Positions 1 through 8,992 of a stretch of 64,000 nt of DNA are shown here, piece by piece. The DNA is from Alphaproteobacteria bacterium (lineage in GTDB: Bacteria > Pseudomonadota > Alphaproteobacteria > Micavibrionales > UBA2020). The notes beneath the pieces were generated by a model. The model saw only the letters and a list, made by a program, of their open reading frames with translations. It searched no databases and had not been told where the DNA came from. Location of the stretch: the NCBI GenBank assembly GCA_027483355.1, contig JAIXUW010000292.1, positions 4,628 to 68,627 of the forward strand. The letters run 5' to 3'. Position 1 is the first letter of the stretch. Every line of letters starts with the position of its first letter. The translations under genes were made by a program, and so were the position numbers.

Positions 1-2
1 CG

Positions 3-2576
3 GGCTTCCAGTACATTACGCATTCGTTTTCGTCGCTCGCAAAACGCGCCGTTGGCGCTGCCGCGGATACTGGTGCATGGGTTAATGTCACCGACGGAAA
101 TCGACTGGGCGGTGATTTATCGGGCACGATTAGAAACGGAACGGTTCAAAAGGTGGGCGGGTTCACGGCAAACTACGTTGCTCAAGGCGCCGCGCTCGCG
201 TACACTCTCAATTCGACGTTTAACAACAACGGCACCGGTTACGTGCTACCGTTTGACATTCCTGCGAATTCGATCGTGTTTCCCGCTGTCAACGCTTCGA
301 CGGCAAGAATAGCGTTCACGGGACCGTTCAATTTAGGATTTGACGACTCTGCGGGAGGCCCGATCACTGTGAACTTTAACGGCAATTTGCTTCGCAATGG
401 AGTTCCGGTCGGAAACGTCTACGCACCTTTGACGGCCGTCGACATAGGAACGTTTGCGTTTTTCGAATCGCAAAATCAGCTCGGGTTCACGAATGTGATG
501 AGAATCGGGCCAGGCGGTTCTTCGGTCATTATAAACGGGACTCTGAACGCTCAAAATGTGACTATTGGAGGCGTGAGCTTTAACACGTACATTGAACAGG
601 CCGTCAATGAATCCGTGTCCAATTTGATGCCGAATGAGACAGTGATCAGGCAGATTGTGACTGAAATCGTGCAAAACATCACACTGTCCCCGAACGCGAC
701 TGAAGTCGCTATCATAGTCAATCAAATCCTGGCAAATTACACATTCAACCCGAACGTGACTTTGATCGAGGAAATCGTCAACGCGGCGCTTGCCAATTAC
801 ACGTTCAATCCCAACGCGACTTTGATTCAAGAAATCGTGCTCAATACTCTGGCCAATTACACGTTTAATCCCAATATTACGTTGTTGAACGAGTTGATCT
901 ACCAGGCTCTACTCACGATTAATGTCACAATTCCGCCGCCAAACGTGACTTTGATCAGAGAAATCGTCGACGAGGAACTGCAAAAGATCAACATAACAGT
1001 AGGCAATTTCACGCTTCCGGAAAGACTGGTATACGGACCGTTAGTCACGCCGATTGCGTCAGGGAGAATCCCTTACTTCTTCGACACATCGGGCCGGAAT
1101 ATCACAGACTCGTCGGCGACTTATTTTCCGGGAAACAACTCGTATTCGTTCACGGCATTGACGGCAAATTCGTTGATAGCAAGTTCGTTTGTCAACGCAA
1201 ACACGTTTGTGGGTAATTCGGTGTCAGCGGCTCTTGTCAACGCTGCCACAATTTCCGGGGCCACGATTACTGCAAGCTCAAGTGTGTCTGCACCGACAAT
1301 TACTGCCACGGGAGCGCTTTCGGGAAATACTATTTCTGCGACGACTTCAATCACAGGGCCTGTCATCACAGCGTCCACTCAAGTATCGACGCCGCTCATA
1401 ATAGCGACGGGAAATTTGACCTTGAACCCAACGGGTAGCAGTATATTGTTTTCAAACAAGAACGCGCTCAATTTGGGAACAATCACGTCGTCTATATCAG
1501 GCTCGGCCGCTCATGCATTCACCATGACTGGTGCCTGGAATGCGATGTGGCTGACAAATGGCGGTACGACGGGTAATCTGAGATTTCAGACCGCTGGACC
1601 CGGAAACCAAGGATTTGTGTCGATTGCTTTTAATGGCGGAAACACAGACGCCGGAGAACAAAGGGACAACATATCAAAGAACAGATACCGGCTCTACTCG
1701 GACCAAAGAGGATCAACAGACAACTTTGTAATCGACGTTTGGAATGGCGTTGGGCCTGCTGCAGTAGCCATGCAAATCGGCCCAACTACAAGTTCGCTCG
1801 TATCGTTCCCCACGGGAATAACTACTCGGTCAGTCACTGCGCAAAACGATGTCACCGCTAGAAATATCAATCTTCTAGTGTCTACTGGAGCGGCTTTATC
1901 GCTTACAACGCCGCTTATTGTTCCCACAAACACGGGGCCTCATCTTTTTCTGGCGCAACATTACTCTACCGCGTCAGGAAACTTGGAAGGGACCAAGATC
2001 AAAATGTTCGGTGATGCTTATGGTATTGGAATGGCGGCCGGTGCAATGTATTTTGTCACTCCGTTGACCGCTGCACTAAATTTCCATTTTGCCGACACAA
2101 GTGGAAGCAGCCCGGTGACTACCATGAACCAGTTTGGTATAACAACCGAGCGCGTGTTTGCAAATCAATATGACCAAGTATGCGAATTTGTAGTGGTCGA
2201 CTCGGCAACCCCTCCTCCAGGGTGGGCAGGCTCCTTGAGAATGAGGCTCTACAAGGCTGGCCGCCAAGTCCATTTTGCACTACTGAGCAGTGCTGTTGAC
2301 AATTTTAGATGTACCGCGGCTTTTGGCTGCGGAGTGCTGGGACTTTCTACCAATTTGCTCTCCTCGTGCCCGGGCTACGAGCCATTTGAAACAATATCTG
2401 GAATTTATCAGCTGGCCGCTACTGAAGTACCTCCTAGAGCGTCACGCGTCGCTATCACGCCGACTGGGTTTTTGCAGTTTACATGCCTGTGGCGATGCAC
2501 TTCATCCAATTCATTTGACGTCGGCCCAGTGGTAGACGCGGGCGGTTCATTGATAGTTTATTACAGAAGCGCGTAA
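3..2576 (+). CDS. 5'-truncated large sequon-rich repeat protein (virion fibre or envelope glycoprotein-like)
   Basis: The frame is open from the window edge, with no stop between nt 3 and the listed GTG at 153, and ends at the stop at 2574-2576. There are about 20 N-x-S/T sequons. A 20-aa tandem repeat (xIVNxxLANYTFNPNxTLIxE) is followed by a Ser/Thr/Ala-rich roughly 10-aa periodic segment (SVSAPTITATGALSGNTISATTSITGPVITAS) of the kind seen in fibre and tail-spike proteins. AATAAA lies 30 nt after the stop. Confidence 0.6.
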   Translation, partial: GFQYITHSFSSLAKRAVGAAADTGAWVNVTDGNRLGGDLSGTIRNGTVQKVGGFTANYVAQGAALAYTLNSTFNNNGTGYVLPFDIPANSIVFPAVNASTARIAFTGPFNLGFDDSAGGPITVNFNGNLLRNGVPVGNVYAPLTAVDIGTFAFFESQNQLGFTNVMRIGPGGSSVIINGTLNAQNVTIGGVSFNTYIEQAVNESVSNLMPNETVIRQIVTEIVQNITLSPNATEVAIIVNQILANYTFNPNVTLIEEIVNAALANYTFNPNATLIQEIVLNTLANYTFNPNITLLNELIYQALLTINVTIPPPNVTLIREIVDEELQKINITVGNFTLPERLVYGPLVTPIASGRIPYFFDTSGRNITDSSATYFPGNNSYSFTALTANSLIASSFVNANTFVGNSVSAALVNAATISGATITASSSVSAPTITATGALSGNTISATTSITGPVITASTQVSTPLIIATGNLTLNPTGSSILFSNKNALNLGTITSSISGSAAHAFTMTGAWNAMWLTNGGTTGNLRFQTAGPGNQGFVSIAFNGGNTDAGEQRDNISKNRYRLYSDQRGSTDNFVIDVWNGVGPAAVAMQIGPTTSSLVSFPTGITTRSVTAQNDVTARNINLLVSTGAALSLTTPLIVPTNTGPHLFLAQHYSTASGNLEGTKIKMFGDAYGIGMAAGAMYFVTPLTAALNFHFADTSGSSPVTTMNQFGITTERVFANQYDQVCEFVVVDSATPPPGWAGSLRMRLYKAGRQVHFALLSSAVDNFRCTAAFGCGVLGLSTNLLSSCPGYEPFETISGIYQLAATEVPPRASRVAITPTGFLQFTCLWRCTSSNSFDVGPVVDAGGSLIVYYRSA
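633..1000 (+). repeat. In-frame 60-nt (20-aa) tandem repeat, about 6 units of which 3 are near-identical
   Basis: The units NATEVAIIVNQILANYTFNP / NVTLIEEIVNAALANYTFNP / NATLIQEIVLNTLANYTFNP are flanked by more degenerate units (NETVIRQIVTEIVQ, NVTLIREIVDEELQ). Confidence 0.85.
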
Positions 2577-2605
2577 AACACTCGCGCGCGTTTTCACGTG
2601 TACAT

Positions 2606-2611
2606 AATAAA
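2606..2611 (+). terminator. AATAAA polyadenylation signal downstream of the 3-2576 gene
   Basis: The hexamer is exact and lies 30 nt after the stop codon. Confidence 0.5.
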
Positions 2612-2707
2612 CAAACAACGTGGTTGACCGATCGAACAATAATTTCTTATTTCCTAGAAGAAGTATAGATTGTTATTGTATAAAAGGAACATTTGTACAT
2701 ACAAAAT

Positions 2708-3805
2708 TCACACCCACATTGCTACAGCGTTGTTGAAACTTACCACTTGATATTTCGCGTCCCCGTACTTCTTTGTGCACTCCGCGGCCGATTCGCCCAG
2801 TCTTACCCTGAAATATCTTGATTGATCGACCCATTCCACGTTGAATTTCACGTCTTGCGTAGTATGCGACATTTTTTGAACCATAAAGGTTTCTCCATCC
2901 GCTCCGAATACGTTTGCGGGAAGCGGCGACGATTGCATCTTGATTTCTACCAGAGTCGCATTCAAAGTCACCTTGACATTGTCGGGTCTATCCGCGGCGT
3001 AAAACCGCTTTTTCCAGTGCTTGCCCATTGTCGGAGAGTAAAATAATATGTCGCATAGTTGATTCCAAGGCCGGGCAACGACAGCGTGGGATATCTGCAC
3101 AGCGTAGCGCTCTCGGATACCGCCGTTCGGCGCGCTTTCCCGCGACACGAGCACGACGGTGAAAGGTATCGTGTTTCCATGTTGTAGATCCACAATAGTT
3201 TGTACGTTTGGAACTGTGCGCCGAAAGGGCACTAATGTAAACGTGACAGCGTGATTTTCCGGATTTTGCACTTCCTCGCGGCCCTGTGTCTGATTTTTGT
3301 GACCTACGCATTCGGCGGTTGTAAAATGCTGCTTGAACGCAAAGTCCACATGAATGGCATTTTTATCCGCATCCAGTTGCACAATAAACACATCAGAGTA
3401 TTGAGGCGACTCGGCAAAGCGGCCTGAATTAGTCTCGGGCCTGCAGCTGACCACAGTTTCGAAGAGAGGGACATATTTGTCTTTGAGCGTGTCTTTCAGA
3501 GTGTCTGTGACAATCCCAACGTTGCTTATGCTCAAGGGGTACATGTCATTGGCCAGAGCGTTTTCAACGACGACTTTGACACTCGTCTCGTTGCTGGCGT
3601 CGATGATGAACTTGAAGATGGTTCCGCAATCCACGACGATGCTCTTCTTGTCATCCGCGACTTGAGTAGAGCATCCAGGCGGGGTTGAAGGACCGTGCAC
3701 ATAGAGTAAGCCGTCTGAGGGCGCAGCGGCAATATCCGTCGTGTACGCGGACACGAAGCCTGAAAATGCGAATACGAATAAGACTACTAAAAGTAGAAGC
3801 TTCAT
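2708..3805 (-). CDS. Secreted or lumenal protein with a cleavable signal peptide
   Basis: The first ATG (3805-3803) gives MKLLLLVVLFVFAFSGFVSAYT, a canonical signal peptide. The rest of the protein is soluble, contains Cys residues, and has several N-x-S/T sequons. Confidence 0.65.
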   Translation of the reverse strand: MKLLLLVVLFVFAFSGFVSAYTTDIAAAPSDGLLYVHGPSTPPGCSTQVADDKKSIVVDCGTIFKFIIDASNETSVKVVVENALANDMYPLSISNVGIVTDTLKDTLKDKYVPLFETVVSCRPETNSGRFAESPQYSDVFIVQLDADKNAIHVDFAFKQHFTTAECVGHKNQTQGREEVQNPENHAVTFTLVPFRRTVPNVQTIVDLQHGNTIPFTVVLVSRESAPNGGIRERYAVQISHAVVARPWNQLCDILFYSPTMGKHWKKRFYAADRPDNVKVTLNATLVEIKMQSSPLPANVFGADGETFMVQKMSHTTQDVKFNVEWVDQSRYFRVRLGESAAECTKKYGDAKYQVVSFNNAVAMWV

Positions 3806-4043
3806 GGTGTTTTCAGCGCAGAATGCAGAGAACTGAAACCGGGGATTGTGGCGCGGCACTCTGTGGTTTGCGGAAAAAAGTCAACCCTCACGGGGGGTTC
3901 GATATACGCCCGTATGCAAAAACCCGCCGCCCATTCCGATAGAAATAAATAACCCGTTGTTTCCACGCAAACGTGGTTCATTGTAAATCGAGCATGTGTT
4001 TCGACGAGGTCGGTCGCGCAATTCTAACGTCAAAAAGAAAAGA

Positions 4044-4865
4044 ATGCTCGGCAACTATCCTTCCAATACGAGAACGGGAGACTCGAATAAAATCTTCTCC
4101 CCTCAACAGGCCGCTGTTCTCCAAAAGTTCTTCATCGATTCTACTTATGACAGGAACTGGGCCACATCGTATCACACTCCCAACGAGAGCAACGTGAACG
4201 ATATTCACCGAATCGATTTGGGGCACCCCATTTTCTCACTGAACGATCACAATCAAAACGTTGGGAGCAGTTTGCTGGGAGGGACAATCAACGGCGCCGG
4301 TAACGCAATGGTGCGCTCCTGCGTCAACGGAGTCAAGATCGGCGCTTCCTGGCAATTTCGCGGTATTGCCTCTCTTGACAAATCTCGTCTCCAAGAATCC
4401 GCTGAGCAAGCCATGTGCGACGTTGTCGTCAGCGGTCTCACTCAAACGTGCAACACTGGGTCCGTGCCTATTCAGTTAGGCGACGAGATTATTGCTCGAA
4501 TGCCAACTCCCCAAGAAGTTGCTAATCCCATGAGCATCGGCCGTGACCACATTGACAGGAACAACGGCAAGCTGACTTTGGTTTTTGAACCTGTCGGCAA
4601 CTTTTACGGCATGAATTTGACAAAACGCCAGCTAGAGGGCCTTTCTCCAATCAACGATGCTCGACTCGAGGATATCGTCGCCAGTTTACAATTCCCTGCA
4701 ATTTTCACCGAGTTGCGCACGGGACTAGACCGCGAACAAGCAATCGAAGACATGTTCAAGGCTTTTAACAACATGCAGACATTGATCCGACAGGCATATG
4801 TGATTGGTCGCGCCGAAGGTTCAGCTCAGCCCGGAAAGGATTTCCAGATTTTGCTCCGATTCTAA
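4044..4865 (+). CDS. Hypothetical protein (273 aa); possible virion component
   Basis: This is a long ORF from the first ATG at 4044. The composition looks like a globular protein. I recognised no motif. Confidence 0.5.
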   Translation: MLGNYPSNTRTGDSNKIFSPQQAAVLQKFFIDSTYDRNWATSYHTPNESNVNDIHRIDLGHPIFSLNDHNQNVGSSLLGGTINGAGNAMVRSCVNGVKIGASWQFRGIASLDKSRLQESAEQAMCDVVVSGLTQTCNTGSVPIQLGDEIIARMPTPQEVANPMSIGRDHIDRNNGKLTLVFEPVGNFYGMNLTKRQLEGLSPINDARLEDIVASLQFPAIFTELRTGLDREQAIEDMFKAFNNMQTLIRQAYVIGRAEGSAQPGKDFQILLRF

Positions 4866-4989
4866 ATTGTGTGTTTTTTAATGTGACACACGACACGCAG
4901 TATGAATGTATTTGTATATAAACCGTTCTTTTGATTGATTGATCTTAAGTGTTGAATCGTTGTTCGCGTGCGGAAAGAAAACAAAGGGA

Positions 4990-5898
4990 ATGGCTGAATC
5001 GAAAGAAGACATTATTCACTACGTGCTCAATCATCCCATCAACGGAATTGTTTTCAAAACGGATAGAGGCGGGTTCCGCACTCGCGTCAAGATCGGCGAG
5101 GATCCAGTGACAAAGGAGCCCATTCTGAAAGAACATACGTTAAAGGGCATAAGCGAGGAGATCAGAAACACGTTCTTTTCAAAATACGACGCTATGGCTA
5201 TTTCCAAAACAGTGCCGAAAACAACCGCGTCGGCGGCGAAAAAGAACGCGCCCAGAAAATCGTTCACGGCTGCCAAATACGACGGCATGGCTCTTGGGTC
5301 TCGAGTTCATCGCGAGATTCACGCGTACATAAATATAATGAACTACGCGGTATACGGAGGCCACAACAGCGAGCAGAGACTGCAGTCGTTTCACGATTAT
5401 TTGTCTTTGAACAACAATTCGGGAGGCGTGCATCCATGCACACGAGCCGTGTTAGAATTCATGTTCTCAACCGCCAAATGGGTTCCAATCGCGGCCGAGT
5501 GGTGCGTAGGCGACGTCAAGCATCAACTGAAACACGCCACTCAAATCGACATGATCGCCGCTCGAATGACAGAAGACGGTAAATTCGATTTGAGCAAAGT
5601 CATTTTATGCGAATTGAAAACGGGGTCAAACAACGGGCGTTTTTTCGCCGGCACTGATCTCATGGACAATGTGGTCCCGAATACGCCCAACGCGCCAATC
5701 AATCAGGCTAAAATGCAGCTCGTGATGAGCGCCGTCATGTTTTGCGACACGTATCAACTGTCGTGGAATCAAGTCGAGCTATACGTGATTCACTGCCCGA
5801 GTGACAAGAGCAAGCAAATTGCGCCCAAGGCGTATAGAGTTACAGAACAGGAAAGACAGGCGTTTATTCAAGCGCTTAAAATGTGTCAACTTATATAA
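4990..5898 (+). CDS. Possible PD-(D/E)XK-fold nuclease
   Basis: The first ATG is at 4990. The motif QIDMIAARMTEDGKFDLSKVILCELKTG fits the D...(D/E)xK pattern. TATATAAA lies at 4915-4922 upstream. Confidence 0.35.
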   Translation: MAESKEDIIHYVLNHPINGIVFKTDRGGFRTRVKIGEDPVTKEPILKEHTLKGISEEIRNTFFSKYDAMAISKTVPKTTASAAKKNAPRKSFTAAKYDGMALGSRVHREIHAYINIMNYAVYGGHNSEQRLQSFHDYLSLNNNSGGVHPCTRAVLEFMFSTAKWVPIAAEWCVGDVKHQLKHATQIDMIAARMTEDGKFDLSKVILCELKTGSNNGRFFAGTDLMDNVVPNTPNAPINQAKMQLVMSAVMFCDTYQLSWNQVELYVIHCPSDKSKQIAPKAYRVTEQERQAFIQALKMCQLI

Positions 5899-6065
5899 AC
5901 TTCATAGTGTTTTCAGCATGGCAATCGATCGGTAATATGTTTCCAACTTTGGCCCATGGATTTGACGGGGTTTGACCCTTGCACCCTGTCCCTTTGGACG
6001 AAAAAAGCTTTTGCAAAAGTACCGTCTTTGTAATTGGCATAGTGCACCATAAGAATCGGAAAAGA

Positions 6066-6803
6066 ATGGACATTAAACGTCTTAATCTAGTGCCGATGAC
6101 GGGCGTCGAGCGTGTTTTGGAGCTTTCGAAAAAAAGCGACAATTTTCGCCTATGCTTCTACGTACACGTTACAGGCGCGCGCAAAACGTTGCTTATCGAG
6201 AGCTCAAAGCCACTACGCATCCTCGAATGCTTTGACGGATTCAGATCCGATTTACGGCTCGATTCTAAACGCGGCCCGTGGACTGTCGCCGTCAAAGCTC
6301 ATCGACTGTTCGATCTATGGACACCAGAAAGAACGTTTGGAGTCTGTTTTCTCTCCACCCGCGTTTACGAAGATATATTGAAAGCGACGCACGGTCACAC
6401 GTGTCCAGAAGTTTTGGTGGAAGCCAAGAATCTCGCCTTCAAAATCACAGACGAGTTCCATATTGCTTTATTACAAAAGGAGATTGTCGAAGATTTTGAA
6501 CTGTACAAGGAAAAAGTGCGCACCGGAGAACGCGACGCGGAAGAAGACATTCGGTCCGCCGCATTGGATCGCACTATCGTGTTCAGAAACAACAAGGGGG
6601 AATTGGACCCGCGTGTTGACGCTGCACGTAAATTGGAAAAGGCGTATTGCGCTCAAATGTCGCGCCAGGCGGCTGACGTGAAAACGTTCGGGGCTCTCAT
6701 CGACATTTTGAATAACAGGGCTAATTTGAAGTGTATTATGGGCTTTGCCGAGTACGCAAGGCAGTATCCGGCTACACAAAAGGACACAGTGAATGCGAGT
6801 TGA
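6066..6803 (+). CDS. Hypothetical protein (245 aa)
   Basis: The ORF runs from the first ATG at 6066. I recognised no motif. Confidence 0.5.
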   Translation: MDIKRLNLVPMTGVERVLELSKKSDNFRLCFYVHVTGARKTLLIESSKPLRILECFDGFRSDLRLDSKRGPWTVAVKAHRLFDLWTPERTFGVCFLSTRVYEDILKATHGHTCPEVLVEAKNLAFKITDEFHIALLQKEIVEDFELYKEKVRTGERDAEEDIRSAALDRTIVFRNNKGELDPRVDAARKLEKAYCAQMSRQAADVKTFGALIDILNNRANLKCIMGFAEYARQYPATQKDTVNAS

Positions 6804-6820
6804 CGCGCATACAGTTTTTT

Positions 6821-7768
6821 TCAAGCGTGTGTTTGTATATCTTCCGGGTATAATATATCGACTCTTTCTATTGTATCTTTATGTAGCAGATAAGGTATTT
6901 CGCCAAGAGACCCGCAGTAAATTTCGATTTTTATCGTCTCCGGGTTTGTCTTGTGCGCCAGCCACAGCTGAGCCTCTAAATCTTTCAAAGTTCTCTCATC
7001 AAGAGGATCGAATGAATAGAATGCCCAAGTTCGATGGTCGGCATGTATATTGAAACTTGTTCGCGTGGTTGGCGTGACGATGATATTCTTTTGTACCTCA
7101 ACAGCATCTGTAAATCTATACTTGCAAGCTGCAGAGGACGCCTCGACGACTTCTTGAAAAGTAGGATGTAAAAACCCCTTCCTCCGCCACATGATAGGAC
7201 AGGCCTTTTTCATAAAGTAGTGATAAAGGTCCCGATCTTGAGTATATAACTTTACGACGCGCCGCAACGCAATTTCCTGCAAAGAGGTAGCGTGGCCAAC
7301 GAGATCGCTTTCCTCCATGTAATCGGCTTTGTATACATCTACGTGACATAATCCTCGATCTCCATTTTTGTGCACCGTTTGGTACGCCAGCTTTGACCGG
7401 AGCAAAAACTCGCCCATCCTAGGAGAAAAAATTCGCTTTCGCCAATATAATCTGTTGATGTGCTCCCTGAGAAGGTTCAATCTGGCATTGACCTTTTCAG
7501 TGTTTTCAAAATCAAGCAGCTCCCACTTTTGCGACGCTTGGCTTCGCACCATCTTTTCCACAAGCTCCGGAGTGCTCCAGAAGCAAATCAAAGTCGGAGG
7601 TGTAAAGCCGTCGGTTGTGCTCATAATATATAGATTGTTCCAAAGGTGGACTAGTGTGAAATACGCAAGCATATCGTCCACCAAATCGGGTGGCACGTCC
7701 TCGAGTTTGGACACCAGGCTCTTGGGTTCCGAAATTTCCTTGTCCGATTTACTTGCCGCGCTTCCCAT
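6821..7768 (-). CDS. Hypothetical protein with an N-myristoylation-type N-terminus (tegument or membrane-associated candidate)
   Basis: The first ATG at 7768 gives MGSAASKSDKE, which matches M-G-x-x-x-S followed by basic residues. Confidence 0.5.
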   Translation of the reverse strand: MGSAASKSDKEISEPKSLVSKLEDVPPDLVDDMLAYFTLVHLWNNLYIMSTTDGFTPPTLICFWSTPELVEKMVRSQASQKWELLDFENTEKVNARLNLLREHINRLYWRKRIFSPRMGEFLLRSKLAYQTVHKNGDRGLCHVDVYKADYMEESDLVGHATSLQEIALRRVVKLYTQDRDLYHYFMKKACPIMWRRKGFLHPTFQEVVEASSAACKYRFTDAVEVQKNIIVTPTTRTSFNIHADHRTWAFYSFDPLDERTLKDLEAQLWLAHKTNPETIKIEIYCGSLGEIPYLLHKDTIERVDILYPEDIQTHA

Positions 7769-7904
7769 TTTTTTCGAATAGCAACACTGCGGGCTTTTCA
7801 CGCGACTTTACGCAAACAAAAAAAAGGGGTTCTACATCTTAAGCACAACGAAGAAATCTCAGCGTTTATGCACAATAGTACAGGATCAAAATCACATTTA
7901 AGTT

Positions 7905-8300
7905 TTACATGTCCGCGATTGTGGACGACGGTGTCTGGCTTGGGCGCGCCAGATTGAAGCTTTGTACTTGCACATTATGTATCGACTCGAGTAGTTCAAA
8001 CCACGATGTTTTAAAAACATACAGCCATGCATGATATTCTTTTTCGGCATCCAACACTTTGCTGTGATCAACACTGCCGTCAAACTTGCACAGATCCCGG
8101 AGGAGAGATTTGTAAGCCTCGGTGCTTTCATCTAGTTTACAAATGACCTCGTTCAGACGTTTTGCAGTTTCGCTTGTCTCATCAGGGTACCGCATGCACG
8201 CAAAAGTTACAGTACTAAGAGCATCTAAACGTGATTTCTCCAAAAGCTTGAAGGAGTCGCTTGATTGCGCCAAAGCATGCGCCACTGTCTCTCTTGACAT
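7905..8300 (-). CDS. Hypothetical small protein (131 aa)
   Basis: The listed ORF starts with TTG. The first ATG is at 8300. A TATATAA-like element lies about 60 nt upstream on the minus strand. Confidence 0.4.
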   Translation of the reverse strand: MSRETVAHALAQSSDSFKLLEKSRLDALSTVTFACMRYPDETSETAKRLNEVICKLDESTEAYKSLLRDLCKFDGSVDHSKVLDAEKEYHAWLYVFKTSWFELLESIHNVQVQSFNLARPSQTPSSTIADM

Positions 8301-8389
8301 TTCTTCAAAGATGTTTACGTGCGTCCAAGTGGTTATTCGTATTATTCGTGTCTCGGTTATATTACACAAATTATATACATAAAAGTCGA

Positions 8390-8827
8390 TCAAGGTTTGC
8401 GCGGCGCAGGCAATTTGTCCTTGCTCAAAGCGCGTGATCTTGCCCCTTCCTCGGTCTTGACGGCAATCACTCCAGACAATGTCTCGGTCACTTCTACGTC
8501 TTTATACTCTTCGTTAATCCAGTTTGCCCAATTGTCTATCGCAACCCGAGCTTTCTCGAGAGCTTCCAAGTACAGATTCATGCATTCTCCGACGCTGCCA
8601 TAAAATTCGTCATTTCCGGGAACGGGGTTGGTAATAGCAGCAGTTATTCTCGTTTTCAGAGCAGCGGAGTAACACATTAAATGACGCGCGGTGACCGCCA
8701 GCTGCATAAACATTTGGTGTTGCGCGTCAATCTGTTGGCGTGACACGCTCTCGATGAAAAACTGAGCCATTCTCACCGTGTGATCGCCCGAATACAGTAA
8801 GTGACCTATAGATGTCACGGCGTCCAT
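8390..8827 (-). CDS. Hypothetical small protein (145 aa)
   Basis: The ORF runs from the first ATG at 8827. The composition looks helical. I recognised no motif. Confidence 0.45.
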   Translation of the reverse strand: MDAVTSIGHLLYSGDHTVRMAQFFIESVSRQQIDAQHQMFMQLAVTARHLMCYSAALKTRITAAITNPVPGNDEFYGSVGECMNLYLEALEKARVAIDNWANWINEEYKDVEVTETLSGVIAVKTEEGARSRALSKDKLPAPRKP

Positions 8828-8992
8828 TTTTGCGCGGTTTTGACAACGTTGCTTACAAAACACTGAAGAAAATTGGCGGTCTCAGAACCCCCGGTCAAGG
8901 TTTCGCGCAAAAAAAAAACACAAAAATATCGGAAAAGAAGAAGAATTGACTATATTTACACAATAATATTCGAGCCAAAACCCACCGTGAAT

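Noticed and set aside
3800-5917. An 18-nt near-repeat (CTTCAT(G/A)GTGTTTTCAGC) occurs at 3800-3817, spanning the start codon of the secreted protein, and again at 5900-5917.
   Set aside because: A 17/18 match is roughly what chance gives for all pairwise comparisons in 64 kb on both strands. The second copy heads only a 4-codon ORF, so it is not compelling as a regulatory element.
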